Assembly: GCF_006345805.1 (NCBI RefSeq)
Contig: NC_042999.1
Span: forward strand, 74,896,001 to 74,960,000
Length of the DNA: 64,000 nt
Direction of reading: 5' to 3'
From: Octopus sinensis
Lineage: Eukaryota
The notes beneath the pieces are model-generated. The model did no database searches. It saw only the letters and a list, made by a program, of their open reading frames with translations, and was not told where the DNA came from. Positions 24,667 to 37,714 of this stretch are shown here, piece after piece (the first letter of the stretch is position 1; each line of letters begins with the position of its first letter). A program made the position numbers and the translations under genes.

Positions 24667-25690
24667 CGAGGTGAAGTCAAAAATTATCCACACTTTCGCC
24701 AAAATTTACTTTAGGTGGGCCGTACTACCTTCAGCGCAGGCGTGCTAAAAAGCAGCTGTAAGATATCGTCTATATTTATATTTATGTGTACTTATATTTC
24801 TTAGTTTCACCGAGGTTTGACTTCGATAGTTCTAGTTCTCTTCCTTGTACTAGTTCTAGTTCTCTTCCTTGTAAACATGACACCTCTGCTGACTGTGTGC
24901 ACCAAGAAAGAACAGATCTCAGAGATCCGATATCTCTACTCTGAAGGTGTTTTAGTGGTTGAAATTCATGGCAGATTTTCAGTACAATATGGCAGTGAGT
25001 AGAAGTGAGTATTAGTGGATCGTGAACCTTAAAGATGGCCGAACAAGTATGAAGTACGAAGAGGGAGACGGACGCCCATCAACCACCACGACTGACGTAA
25101 AGATTCAACGTGCTTGAGATATGGTTCTGACGAACTGACGAGTTACCATCAATAGGGTAGCATATTCCCTACAAATTAGTCATGGTTCTGTATACAAAAT
25201 CATCCACGTTAAGCTTCGCTTCCATAAAGCCGGTGTGAGATGAGTGTCAAGAATGTTTACCAAAGTGAATCAGCGCAATTGTGTGGAGAACTCTCAACCG
25301 CTTACTCGACCGCTACAACGATGAACGCGAAGCTTTCTGGAGAGAATAATCACAGGAGACTATGGCTTCACTTTGAGCTATAGTCCAAAAGTTAGAGCAT
25401 GAAGTGGAAACATCCAGAATCATCAGCGAATATAAACCTCCGCAGAAAAAGGCATGCTATTCGTTTTATGGGACGCAAAAGGGCCTATACTGGAGCATTA
25501 TCGGGAAAAGGGTTTACAGTCACCAATGTAGGCTACAGTGAAATTCTGGATAACAAACTGAAACCAGCAATTCGCATCAAACGCCGAGGTCTACTGTAAT
25601 GGAAGTGCTATTGTTGCAGAACAATGCACGCCCACACTGTTGAAACCTTGAAAACATGAGTTTCGAGTTGCTGGAATACTCTGCATATAT
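24667..25690 (+). mobile_element. mariner (irritans-like TIR), 3'-truncated and decayed
   Basis: TA plus CGAGGTGAAGTCAAAAATTATCC. Peptides EQISEIRYLYSEG, R*VSRM (WVPR-like), IITGD, MKWKHPESS and LLQNNARPH. No right TIR was found. Confidence 0.85.
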
Positions 25691-26259
25691 AGTATTCATT
25701 CTCCCCATATAATTTCTTAAGCCTATCCTAAATTTTAGGTATGACTATGCTTAACATGATACAGTAATGTAATCTTCTTTTGTGGCTTGTTGTCTTCTCA
25801 ATATCGGTTGGGGAAAACACATTTTGTCTGCAGTTTTTACATACCTAAAATGTTATCATTCATACTTAATTGATGAATACTACAGTGTATACTAATCTAA
25901 AAATTATCCTTCTCCTGAAGAATTTATCTAGTCTTTTTTACTTTATCCAATACCCGATCAATAAACTATATCTTACAGTTTTCAAACCCCGAAGCATGCT
26001 CTCTGAAACGTTTATAAATGTATTGATCTTTACCCATTTTGAACGCCTGTCGGATTGAGATGAAATAGATCCCGCCTGTCCATGTTACTTAAGATGCTTA
26101 AGATATTTAAATCAAGCCTGAGTAGCCCCATTTATTAGCAACATTATTACACTCGTTTTCAGATTCGTAGGTGTTTTTCTTTTGTTGTTCTCTTCGGTTT
26201 AATATAAACTACTTTAACAAGCTCACACTAGAGAGAAGCATTTAGTCGCTAGGAGCTAT

Positions 26260-26886
26260 GGATCTTTTCCTTTTGAACGGCAGATGTCAACACAATTTCT
26301 AGTTAACTAAACACTTTTAAACTTCGCATACTGGTAGAATGTGTTTATAAAACATCATTTTCTCTTGGTTTTATTGAGAAAATTCTATAGTTTGTAAGAT
26401 ATTTCGTCTGAAAATCCGAGCATTTCGGCAATTTTAACCAATCGATTACCTCCATTCAACTAAAATCATTTGCTGCGTCTAAAACTGAGACAACATCCTG
26501 TAACTAACCCTAAACCTCCCCCTAACCCTAACCCTAATTTTTTTCTTAATTGTTAAATTAATTTAATTCCATTGCTTTAGTTTTTTTACACCCGTAACAA
26601 TTAAATTAATTTAACAATTAAGAAAAATAAATTAGGGTTAGGGTTACGGTTAGGGGGGAGGTTTAGGGTTAGTTACAGGATGTTGTCTCAGTTTTAGACG
26701 CAGCAAATGATTTTAGCTCAAAAGAGAGCATAGGATTGGTTAAAATTTAAAAAATCAAACTACGTTAAACAAACAAATTACAATTTTCTCAAGAAAGCCA
26801 AGAGGAAAAAGGTTTATTTTGACACATTCTATCAGTATACGAAGTTTTAAAGTGTTTAGTTAACTAGAAATTGTCTGCTGCTCAAA
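26260..26886. mobile_element. Merlin-type foldback MITE with inverted telomere-like repeats
   Basis: Begins GGATCTTTTCCTTTTGAACGGCAG, with outer arms homologous to 18801-19030. The inner inverted repeat 26460-26568 / 26599-26716 carries (CCCTAA)n on the left and (TTAGGG)n on the right. The right terminus is eroded. Confidence 0.8.
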
Positions 26887-27095
26887 TAATCACAAACAGA
26901 AAAACAGTAAACAGGATTGGATAAAAAAAAACGAACAGGATGTAAAACAAGATATTAAAATCCCACAATATTCAGACACAAATGAAAGTAAAAATACCAA
27001 GAAATTCAAAAGAAAACAACTCACCGACGCGTATATCTATTTATATACATGAGAACACACACACATATAGTCGGACACTGTGCAGAAGCCTGTCT

Positions 27096-27096
<1 letters not shown>

Positions 27097-27156
<60 letters not shown>
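27097..27156. repeat. (TATC)15 microsatellite upstream of Tx1 copy A
   Basis: Direct reading. Confidence 0.99.
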
Positions 27157-27496
27157 GGTCGATCGATCTAATGGACGTAAGTTGACTATAATTGTGTGTT
27201 TAAAAAGTTTTTATTGTCGAATATTTTGTGTTAAAAAGTTGTCCAACATACACTTCCAAACTTGATTAATATTTACATAGGATTTCGCCCCTCTGTGCGC
27301 GAAATTTCCAAAACTTTGAAGGTTTACGTCGATTCATTTTAACCAATTTTTCGTTTCGAATATGGTGGTTGGAAACCACGAGGCCAGCACGCAAGTCATG
27401 CGGAACGCTAGCGAGGCGCTAAAAGCAACCGAGGAAGATTTTTCTAGCCTCCCGCTACCATTAGTTGCTGAACCTGACAGCTCGAACGCCGCTGTC

Positions 27497-27528
<32 letters not shown>

Positions 27529-30500
27529 AAATAATTTCGCAAGGGCCATCCATCATCATCGCCACCAAAGACTTCAACTCTGCCGTCAACACCAACACTA
27601 CTACTATAACAACTTTTGCTGCTACAACTACCCCTCTGCTACCGACACCACCACCACCACCACCACGAAGGACAAATCAAATTTTGCTGAAGCAATAAAA
27701 CAATAAAGAACAATAGTCAAATTCACCGCCCAACAAATAAACGACACAAAAGCTCTTCTTAGCATTCCAAAATAAATCGTAAAAAACACGCAAAAAAGAA
27801 CGATCATTTATAAAATTATCAGCACGAAAACAAGAAGACCAGAGCAAGCACCACAACCAAAAATCGAAAAATACCTTCGTCCTGGCGGCACAAATACAGT
27901 ACTGTCCAAGTTCGATTTCAGGACAAAAATCTGGCCAAACGGTTCTCAACACTGACTCTCCACACGGATGAGTTAGTGATGATACAACTTATTTAGGCCA
28001 GAGAGTGACAAAAGTTACAATAAAAATTGTGCCTCCGGAAATCGAGACACAATGGCTAGTATCTGCCATCTGTTTCGATATGGAGGACACAAACATTCTA
28101 GAAATTGCTGTTTTAGAACAGCAAAATTGGATTGGCAAAACACTTGAAATCCTCCTGCAAATTGACCAACAATCAATAAATAAAATACCAACATCCATTG
28201 AACTGACAGAAGGATACAAGCTGTATGTAGTGGTGAAGGGCAGGCGGCCACGCGGCTATCTGTGCGGCAGCGAGACACATTTAAAAAGCCACCACCACAA
28301 CCAGAAAAATCCTGGAAGAAACCCCTACTAACCACACCACCATCAACGCAGAAGACAACAAAAGAAACACATCAACCAAACCCACCAACACCAACAACTG
28401 AGAATACAATAGCAGCCGAAAAACATCAACGACAACAACGGCAAAAACTAAAGAAACAAAAAAAAGAAAATACAAAGATTGATTCCCCTTCCCCTATACC
28501 ACATACGCGTCACACACACAATCAACAACCAACAGTAATGAAAACAACAACACAACTATTTACACAAATATACATCGACGCTTACAATATGCCCTTACCC
28601 GCTTCCGATTACTCAGAAATTTCGTCGGAAGTCGAAAGCAGTGAGGAATGACAAATAGCCAGAAAAGGAAGGAGGAAGAGGAGCAAAAAAAGAACCAAAC
28701 CAAACGCAAACGCAAACAAAACGGGGAGATATACAACTCTTGAAGACATTTCGAACCCTAACACAAACAACAGCAACACCATCACCAACACCACAAGAAC
28801 ATATACAGCAGCCATGCTCACAGCCATAAACACTAAAAACACAGGATTGGTAGAATGCATCAACTCAAAAACAATCTTAACAGAAGATGACATAAAAACA
28901 AACAACCACCCACACACAACACCACCGGAATACATTAAAATATTACATATCTCACCAAGCCTGCACCATACACTAAAATGCATTTACCTCGGTGCGGTTG
29001 GTAAATGCCAGAAATACCTTTCAAGAAAACTTTATTGTGATCTCCTCGCGGACAAACCAAAGGAAGAGACTACAGTTCTATATTTAAGAGATGAGGAATT
29101 ATGTACATTATTTACATTCGAAATTTTCCCAAGACACCTAATGAAGACTGGAGGGTATATCAGCCGAAATGTTGTGTTAACAACAAGATGAGGACAAATA
29201 TCCGTCGAATGTAAATAATGTAAATAATGTACAAGGAAGAGACAACAAAAACTTTTGAGTAGTAAGTAACTCTCTGTTCCTTTCATTTGTGTTTTAACTC
29301 GTTAGGATTATGATCAAGATTGGTTGTGTTAATGCCCGTGGCTTGGGGTCCTTTTGGAAACAAGGGCACCTCTTAAATGACAAAGTCACACAAGTTAGAA
29401 ATCATAGTCATATGTGAGACCAGACTCCATAATCCATAGGCCCTAAAGTCCAAGTTTGGCGGAGAGTTTAACATTTAATTTCCTCCCTGTCTACCGAGAA
29501 TGGGCGGGAGTGGCACGGCAGTACTTTTTCGCAAGAGTCTGGATCTCGAAGTAAAGACAATATTCGTAGACCCAGAGGGTAGACTGGTTGTCCTGGATGT
29601 CGACTCATATCAGTCTACGCATCGCCTTTAACAGGTCAGCCGTATTTCTTTCGACGTCTAGAAGTATTCCTAGGAACGTCTCGTTCTTTACTTTTAGTGG
29701 AGTATTGGAATTCTACCTTGGACACGCATCTTGACTATGTGGGCAGAGATAGTAAGAGGAGGGGTTGCAAATGCCTCAAAAACCTGCTCAGACGCTTTCA
29801 ACTGTCTGACAGGTTTCAACTCGATCACCCGAATGCGCCAACGTGGACATGGAATAACCACATTGGGTCGTCGAGATCGTATCTAAATAGAATACTGTGT
29901 AGGACAGTAGATAGGGATAGCGTAGGGTGTCCACAATTCCACATAGTCAGCAATACGGATCACAAACTTGTGACATGTACGCTAGACTTAGATAAGGCAC
30001 AAAGGCAGGGTCCCGGCTACTGGAAACTGAACGCGTCTTTCCCGTCGAGACAGGTTTTCAGAGACCGGATTAGCACGCTAGTGAAGAGGGCTTTGACGGG
30101 AGCCATCATCAACAACAAATGGTGGTTTGCCCTCAAGAGAGCAATAAAAGACGAATCCATTAGGTATAGTAAAGTGCTTGCGATAGATAGAAACAAAATA
30201 GAGGGTAACCTAGTTAAGAAACTAGAAGAGGCGATTAGAAGTGGCATCACATCCGACGTATTGGCGGTGAGGTTGGCCTTCGACCAACTCTTCAACACCA
30301 AACACGAAGGGTGCGTTGTCAGGGCTAGGATGCTAGAAACGAAGGTGTTTGAAGCCGCGCAAGAGGCCCGGGTGGCAGAGGTGCAACAGGGAGACAAAGC
30401 CACCATTCGGTTTCTGATGGATGAACAGGGGCGCGAATTACTCGAGCCTAGTAAAATGTGTGAGGCCTTTCAGCAGCACTTTGCCCAACTTTTCGGGACA

Positions 30501-32868
30501 AGTGGCGAGCGAGAACGCAGGGTGGACTTCAGTGCCTGCCTGCATAACCTGCCACCACTCTCGGCAAGTGAGGCAGAGTGTTGCGAAGGTGCCATCACAG
30601 CGGTGGATGTGCGGGACACGATGGCAGAGTGCACGAGGGACAAATCGTCGGGTTTGGATGGTCTGCCCAACGAGCTTTACAATTGTATGCCAGACTTGTT
30701 TGAAAGCATCTTGGTAGCAGTGTATTGCAACTGACATCAAAACGGGAGCATCCCTGGTTTTGTGAGCCGAAGAGCCGTAACACTGCTAAAGAAAGATCCA
30801 AACAAGGGATAAGTAATCAATAACTTTAGGACAATCACTCTGCTTAATGCAGACTTGAAAATTTTAGCCAAGGTGCTAGCCAAGAGGTTGGCGCTTGTCA
30901 TCGAGAAACTGGTCAACAAGGCACAAACGTGCGCTGTGCCGGCCCGAGCATCCATGACAACTCCACCTCATGTGCTATTATCATAGACAGGGTAGTTAAG
31001 GAACCTAGCATGGGTGGGGCACTGATCAATTTGGATCAATCCAAAGCTTTCAAAAGGGTAGACCATCGATACTTGGAGGCTGTTCTCATAGCGGCTATGT
31101 TCGGTCCCGTTTTCCGCGGCTGGATCGCTGCCCTATAAAAGGGCATCCGTTCAGTAATTCGCGTGAATGGGCATCTATCGAAACCATTCAACATTGCACG
31201 TTCGGCTCTCTCGTCGCTCCTGTACGTGTTGACCCTCGAGCCACTACTGTAGAAGCTAGCGACGCTGAGGTAACAAGAACGAAAATCAACCGGGAAAAGT
31301 CAGTGGGCTTGTGGCTCGGCACCTGTAGAAGCAAGCCCATGCCGTCCACCACCACCTCCGTCGTGGGGTGCTGAACTGACGGGCCGGCCGAGTTACTCGG
31401 AGTCTGGTCTGATTTGGTCCAGACCTCCAAAAGGAGAAGAACTGGAACAAAATAACGAGTAGGATGGCCGCTCTCGCTCGACAATGGGCCGAGAGGAAGT
31501 TGCTCATAAAAGGTCGAGCGGAGGTGGCGAACACATACATCGCGTCCGTCATCTACTATCACCTGACCGTCGTACCTTCTCCCGACCCTACCATCACCAA
31601 ACTGGAACGCATCCTCTTTCGCTTCGTGCTGAAAGTAAGCGTTCCAATGGTCAGGCGATCCGTTTGCTGTCAACAGCCGCTAAAAAGAGGGCTGGGCATG
31701 CCGTGGTTGATGATGCGCAGATACGTGCTGAGACTGCGACATCCCCGGCTCTACATAGACGACAGTAAACAGGTGTGGTCACCGTTTGTGAGGTGTGCTT
31801 TCCCGCAGCACTTCTCCATGACCGAACTGCATTCGTGGATCAAAAAGAGGCCAAGGAATGGCGAATGGCGCCGTGAGTGTAACGTTGCTCTCGAGCAACT
31901 ATGCAGTACCAGGTCTACTTTGAGCGACTGCATCACAACCAAAGCATTCTATAAGGGATTAGTAGAGGGGAGGTACGATGACGGTCTCAGGGGGGACCTG
32001 GGCGTCGAAGAGGAATACCTGACCCACCTGTTCAAGACGACTTTCGGGCTGGGACCTATGGACAACTTCCAGAGATCCCTGGCCTGGCAGTGCTATCGAG
32101 AAACGCTACCCGTTCAGGATAAGCTCTACATGCATGGCTCGAGAAACACCCGAGATGCGGTCAGAGCGACGAAACCGTTCCACATGCACTTGTACAGTGT
32201 CCAACCATTTCCGACCTGTGGGCCTATGTCGAGCGATTGCTATCGCGTGTGGGACGAGTCGCTTTATCAGTCGAATCTATCGTCAATATTGTCGCGCCAC
32301 CTTCCTTCAAACGCGAAGGAAGAGTCATTTTCATCTTACTTGTGGCTGTGGCGGAAGAATGTGTATGGTGGATGCGTCTGAAAGGTCTAGAGACAAACAC
32401 TTTCCTCTCTGGTCAATCTCTCATCAACTTCTTCAAGTATCACTTGAAGAAGAAGGTGAGAGTAGAGAAGGAAGTTTTGTCTAGTGAATGTTTCAATAAA
32501 AGATGGGTGAATGTAGCAAGGTGAATGACGAAGCCACCTTGAGCATAATTCTATGAACCAGAAAAAGAAAGGTAAAAAGCGAGTCACTTACTGTAATGTT
32601 TTTCTTTTTTTGCATGACATTATTGCTCGAGGTTACCGTGGTCTTTTCCGTAGGCTTTTCTTTCCACAGATAAACCTAATCTGTTTTCTTTTTATACACT
32701 TATGACATTTCTGTGATACACGATCCCTTTTGATCAGCGCCTTTTTTCTTTTTCACGATCCCTTTTGATTGAAACTTTATTTTTTCCCTTTTCTTCTCTT
32801 TTTTTAAAAGAAAAGATACACATTGTATTTTATCCCCTCTATATTCAGCCTTGTGTGGCCAATAAATT
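27157..32868 (+). mobile_element. Tx1/L1-clade LINE copy A, apparently near full length, defective
   Basis: ORF1-like region with a degenerate knuckle, ORF2 with APE-RT-CCHC, then a 3' UTR with AATAAA at 32861 and (TATC)n. Linkage of the A-rich ORF1 region to ORF2 is inferred from order only. Confidence 0.8.
29310..32556 (+). pseudogene. Tx1 ORF2 (APE endonuclease, reverse transcriptase, CCHC), disrupted
   Basis: MIKIGCVNARG, ICETRL, TDHKLV, GPGYWKLN, SGLDGLPNELY, NFRTITLLNADLKILAKVLA, LDQSKAFKRVDH and GLGMPWL. A deletion near 31270 removes the YADD motif relative to copy B. Confidence 0.9.
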
Positions 32869-32882
32869 TATCTATCTATCTA

Positions 32883-33757
32883 GGATCTTTTCTTTTTGGC
32901 TACCAATTCTCAGTCTCTTCAATTTCTGTTCGAATAGATTTCATATTCAGTATAATGATATATTTTTATATGCTAATCAGTGCCATGAAAATCATTTTCA
33001 CCATAAATTGAAGAACTGGGGATGAGCCATTGCACATCTGTTGATTATAACAGTTATGTTAGAGAAGCATGTACGGAGGACTTGCTCCGTTATCCGGCTA
33101 AGGTTGGTGGTCTTGGGAAGATTGTTGAGATATTTGTTTTGTTAAAAATATTTAATTTGTAATGTACTATTTTGTTTTCTGATAAATCTCTTAAGTGTGT
33201 GCTATAAGTTATCTATTTTGAGAAATATTTAATTTGTAATGTGCTGTTTAGCGCATTAAATGCATATTGAATACTTAAAACTACAAAATGTTGTTTACTC
33301 GTTTTTTTCTTGTTTTTTTTTTTGTCTTTGAAGTGGTTGTGAGGTGTGCTAAAAAATAACAGCTAAATAGGCCTTAAATCACGCACCCACAATATTTTTT
33401 GCATAATCATATAAATTCACGTGTGTAGAATACAAATTCGTAAAACTTTTCTGAAAATTCCAAAAAGTAAAAATGTTATGAAGGGTTATAGGTCGTGTGT
33501 AATTTATTTATTTACGGTTTCATATAAAAACACAAGTGCTGAAAATGTTGACAAAATGTGCAGTCTGGCACAAAATGACAGCTTCCAAATGTTGTTTCCT
33601 CACTGGATGAAAATTATCAGACTTTAAGTCCCTATAACTTTAAAAAAAAAAATCAGGAAAAAGTGAAATAATTCCAACAATTCAGCTTGGAAAACTACAT
33701 TAAAATTTTCAACAAACTTTGATTTCTGAAATCTTAGCAGCCAAACAGAAAAGATCC
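32883..33757 (+). mobile_element. Merlin deletion derivative inserted into the (TATC)n tract
   Basis: TIRs GGATCTTTTCTTTTTGGCTAC and GCAGCCAAACAGAAAAGATCC. Flanks are TCTATCTA / TCCTATCTA. Carries a transposase relic. Confidence 0.85.
33007..33132 (+). pseudogene. Merlin/IS1595-type transposase fragment
   Basis: IEELGMSHCTSVDYNSYVREACTEDLLRYPAKVGGLGKIVEI matches the D(W/Y)x(N/S)xxRExC...(K)IGGxGxxVEIDE signature and is cut just before the first catalytic Asp. Confidence 0.75.
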
Positions 33758-33759
33758 TC

Positions 33760-33760
<1 letters not shown>

Positions 33761-33855
<95 letters not shown>
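33761..33855. repeat. (TATC)n between Tx1 copies A and B
   Basis: Direct reading. Confidence 0.99.
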
Positions 33856-35779
33856 GTAAATGGATATCTATTCGCGTAAATGGACATCTATCGAGACCCT
33901 TCGACATCGCACGTTCGGTCCGACAGGGATGCCCCCTCTCGTCGCTTCTATACGTATTGACTCTCGAGCCATTATTGCGGAAGCTGCCGACTCTGAGGGG
34001 CATCCCGCGAGAACTGGGATGCGGGACGATCGTGTCTGCATACGCGGACGACGTCACCGTCATAGTGTCTAGCCACGAGCACATCGAGCAGGTCGGCGAG
34101 ACACTGAAAAACTACGAAGCGGTGACAGGAGCGAAAATCAACCGGGAAAAGTCAGTGGGCTTGCGACTCGGCCCCTGGAGAAGTAAGCCCATGCCGTCCA
34201 CCAGCGCCTCCGTCGTGGGACGCTGGACCGACGGTCCGGTCGAGTTGCTCAGGGTCTGGTTTGGTCCGGACCTTCAAATGGAGAACTGGAACGAGATAAC
34301 GAGTAGGGTGGTCACTCTCGCCCGGCAATGGGCCGAGAGGAAACTGTCCCTAAAAGGTCGGGCGGAGGTGGCGAACTCGTACATCGCGTCCGTCATCTAC
34401 TTGTCCCGACCCTATCATCACCAAACTAGAACGCATTCTCTTTCGCTTCTTGTGGAAAGGATGCGTCCCGATGGTCAGGCGATCCATTTGCTGTCAACTC
34501 CCGTTAAAAGGAGGACTGGGCATGCCGTGGTTGATGATGCGCAGAAACGCGCTGAGACTACGACATTTCAGGCTCTACGTAGACGACAGTGAACAGGTGT
34601 GGTCGCCGTTTGTGAGGCACGCTTTCCCGCAACTCGTCTCCATGACCGAACTGCAGTCGCGGATCAAAAAGAGGCCGAGGAAGGGCGAATGGCATCGCGA
34701 GTGTCGCGTTGCTCTCAAGCAACTCTGCCGTCCCAGGTCGACCTTGAGTGACTCCAACACAACCCAAGCATTCTATAGGGAATTAGCGGAGGGGAGGTAC
34801 GACGACGAGCTCGGGGCGAACCTGGACGTCGACGAGGAATACCTGACCCGCCTGTTCGGGACGACTTTCGGGCCAGGGCCCATGGACAACTTCCAGAGAT
34901 CCCTGGCCTGGCAGTGCTACCGAGAAGCGCTACCCGTTCGGGATAAGCTCTACAGACACGGCTCGAGAAACACGGGGCCGACCTGCCCGAGATGCGGTCA
35001 GAGCGACGAAACCTTTCTGCACGCATTCGTGCAGTGTCCAACAATTTCCGACCTGTGGGTTTATGTCGAACAACTGCTGTCACGTGTGGGACGAGTCGGT
35101 TTATCAGCTGAGTCTATCGTCAGTATTGTCACGCCTCCTTCCTTCAAACGGGAAGGAAGAGCTATTTTCATCATCCTTGTGGCTATGGCGAAAGAATGTA
35201 TCTGGTGGACGCGTCTGAAAGGATTAGAGGCAAACACTTTCCTCTCTGGTCAATCTCTTATCAACTTCTTCAAGTATCACTTGAAAGGGAAAGTGAGAGT
35301 AGAGAGGCAAGTTTTGTCTAGCGAATGTTTTAAAAAAAGATGGGTGAATGTAGCAAGGATGGCACGTATGAATGACGAAGCCACCTTGAGCATAATCCTA
35401 TGAACCCGGAAATTGAAAATAGAGGGTTACCCACTTCCAAAAAAAAGTGGTGGCATGTAACAATATTGACCGAGGTTACCGTGGTGTTTTCCGTAGGCTT
35501 TTCTTCCCACGGATAAACCTTATCTGCTTCCCCCTTTACACCATACATCATGACACTGTGATACACGATCCCTATTGATCGTTTTTTCCTTTCTTTTTTT
35601 CTTCCCTTTTTTCTTCCCTTTTTTCTTTTCTTTTGTTTCTTTTCCCTTTTTTTTCTTCTTTCCCTCTTACAATCCCTTTTGATCGAAAACCTACCCCACT
35701 TTTTTTTTCTCCAAAAAAAGAAAAGCTCTACTTTGTAATCTGTCCCGTTTGTGTGCAGCCCTGTGTGGCTAATAAAGAA

Positions 35780-35780
<1 letters not shown>
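33856..35780 (+). mobile_element. Tx1/L1-clade LINE copy B, 5'-truncated
   Basis: VRQGCPLSSLLY, SAYADDVT, GGLGMPWL, CPRCGQSDETFLHAFVQCP. The 3' UTR is homologous to copy A, with AATAAA at 35771. Confidence 0.92.

Positions 35781-35854
<74 letters not shown>
35781..35854. repeat. (TATC)n at the 3' end of Tx1 copy B
   Basis: Direct reading. Confidence 0.99.
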
Positions 35855-35929
35855 CATACATCCATACACACACATATATATATGTGGTGTGTGTGTGTGT
35901 GTGTGTGTGTGTAATAATTTTTGTGTATC

Positions 35930-37250
35930 GACTTGCGTCAGTTGCCTATCCTTACATTTACTCCTCTACCTGCTCAAGTTTAAACCTCTTGAGCACTATG
36001 AAGTTAAATGATTTAGATAGAGACTTGTTGTTGTTGAAGGATAAAGCTGAACTATTAGCATCTTGCCTACAAGAAAAGTGTTTGCTTGAGCAAGATGTTT
36101 GTATTACTCATTTCAGGAAGAGAAATAGGGATCTTACTTCATGCTTCTCCTTTGTTTCAGTAATAACGCTGATGAGTTATTTCGCTGTTTGTTCCAAGAG
36201 GGGTGTTATGAAAACATGCATGTGCTCCTCAATGCCATAAAGTATACAAATTACGGCTGGAAAATATGTGGAGACTTAAAGGTGATTGGAATGTTGATGG
36301 GAATACAATCTGGGTTCACTAAATATTGTTGCTTTTTATGCCTATGGGACAGTTGTGCAACTAACAAGCACTATGTGCAATCAGAGTGGCCTTTGCGAAA
36401 ATCATATGAGCCGGGTGTTTCTAGCGTCCAGAGTAAGCCACTTTTAAACCCAGAAAATGTTCTTCTTCCCCCTCTTCACATAGAGCTTGGCCTCATGAAA
36501 CAATTTTTGAAGACACTTACCAGGAAAAGCTCAAAAGGTTTTGAATATGTGAAGGCCAAATTTCCAAAAATCACCGAGGAAAAACTATTCATAGGTCCGC
36601 AGATAAAAGAACTCCTGAAGGACAACCACTTCCTCACAACACTGGATGAGATTGAGCTTAAAGCCTGGGAATCCTTCAAATGACTCTGTGAAAATTTCTA
36701 AGGCAACAAGAGACCTCTAGAGTTTAGAAATGGAGTGAAATGTTTTCTAGACTCCTACGCTGCAAAGGGCTGTCGGATGTCACTAAAAGTCCATTTCCTT
36801 GATTCTGGCCTTTTTTGCAGAGAACCTTGGAGCAGTGTCTGATGAGCAAGGGGAACGCTTTCATCAAGATATTGCATCGATGGAACAATGATATCAAGGA
36901 TTTTAGGAATGCAAGAATGTTAGCTGACTACTGTTGTATGTTATACAGGGATGAACCTGAGGCAAAACACCATAAAAAGTCCAAATCCCAAAGATTTTCA
37001 GTTGTTATGCATTTGAGTGTATTGTAACTTATTTGTACACAATAATTTTAATTTTGTACAATAAAAAGCCATGAAATTATCGTATCTTGTAATCCATATA
37101 CTTTACATAGACATGTTTTACGTATACTGTAAGTTAAAACAGCAGGTGTCATTAACATCAAAATGTGACCTGACAGAGGAAATCGGACTTCAGATTTGTA
37201 ATCATTGGCTAAAATATAGGTTTCAGCATATATTGCAATTTGTATGAATC
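35930..37250 (+). mobile_element. Chapaev3/CMC-like DNA transposon, internally deleted and defective
   Basis: LNDLDRDLLLLKDKAELLAS, ICGDLKVIG, GFTKYCCFLCLWDS, LLPPLHIELGLMKQF, LGAVSDEQGERFHQDI and ADYC. The superfamily name is recalled from these motifs, not searched. Confidence 0.7.
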
Positions 37251-37409
37251 ACCAGTAAAAATCCCAGTGTTGTAATGAATGCATAAAGAAACCAGTCTCA
37301 GTGCTGGGAGTGCTTCTTTTCTTTCTTTCTTTTTTTCTCTCAATGCTATAATAAATTTTATAACCACCAAAACAAACTGTGGTAGATGAAAACTGAAAGA
37401 AACCTGCCA

Positions 37410-37531
37410 ATATACATACACACACACACACACACATATGTATATATATATATATATATATATAATATAAATAATATATATATATATATATGCATATATA
37501 CATATGTATATGTACATACTTACATCTATAC

Positions 37532-37575
<44 letters not shown>
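37410..37575. repeat. (AC)n/(TA)n compound microsatellite
   Basis: Direct reading. Confidence 0.97.
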
Positions 37576-37578
<3 letters not shown>

Positions 37579-37714
37579 TATGTGGGCACAGGTCGTCCTG
37601 AAGCGTGTACAACAAAAAAATACGAAGCATGAGTACATGGAATATGAACTATTTTTTTGAACAATGAAAGACACACAAGACATCCAACATAAAGAATGAC
37701 CCTTCATCAGTTGT

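Noticed and set aside
25860-26010. Possible Penelope GIY-YIG relic on the minus strand (KRFREH..FENCKI.FID)
   Set aside because: Suggestive only; the GIY/YIG motifs themselves were not found.
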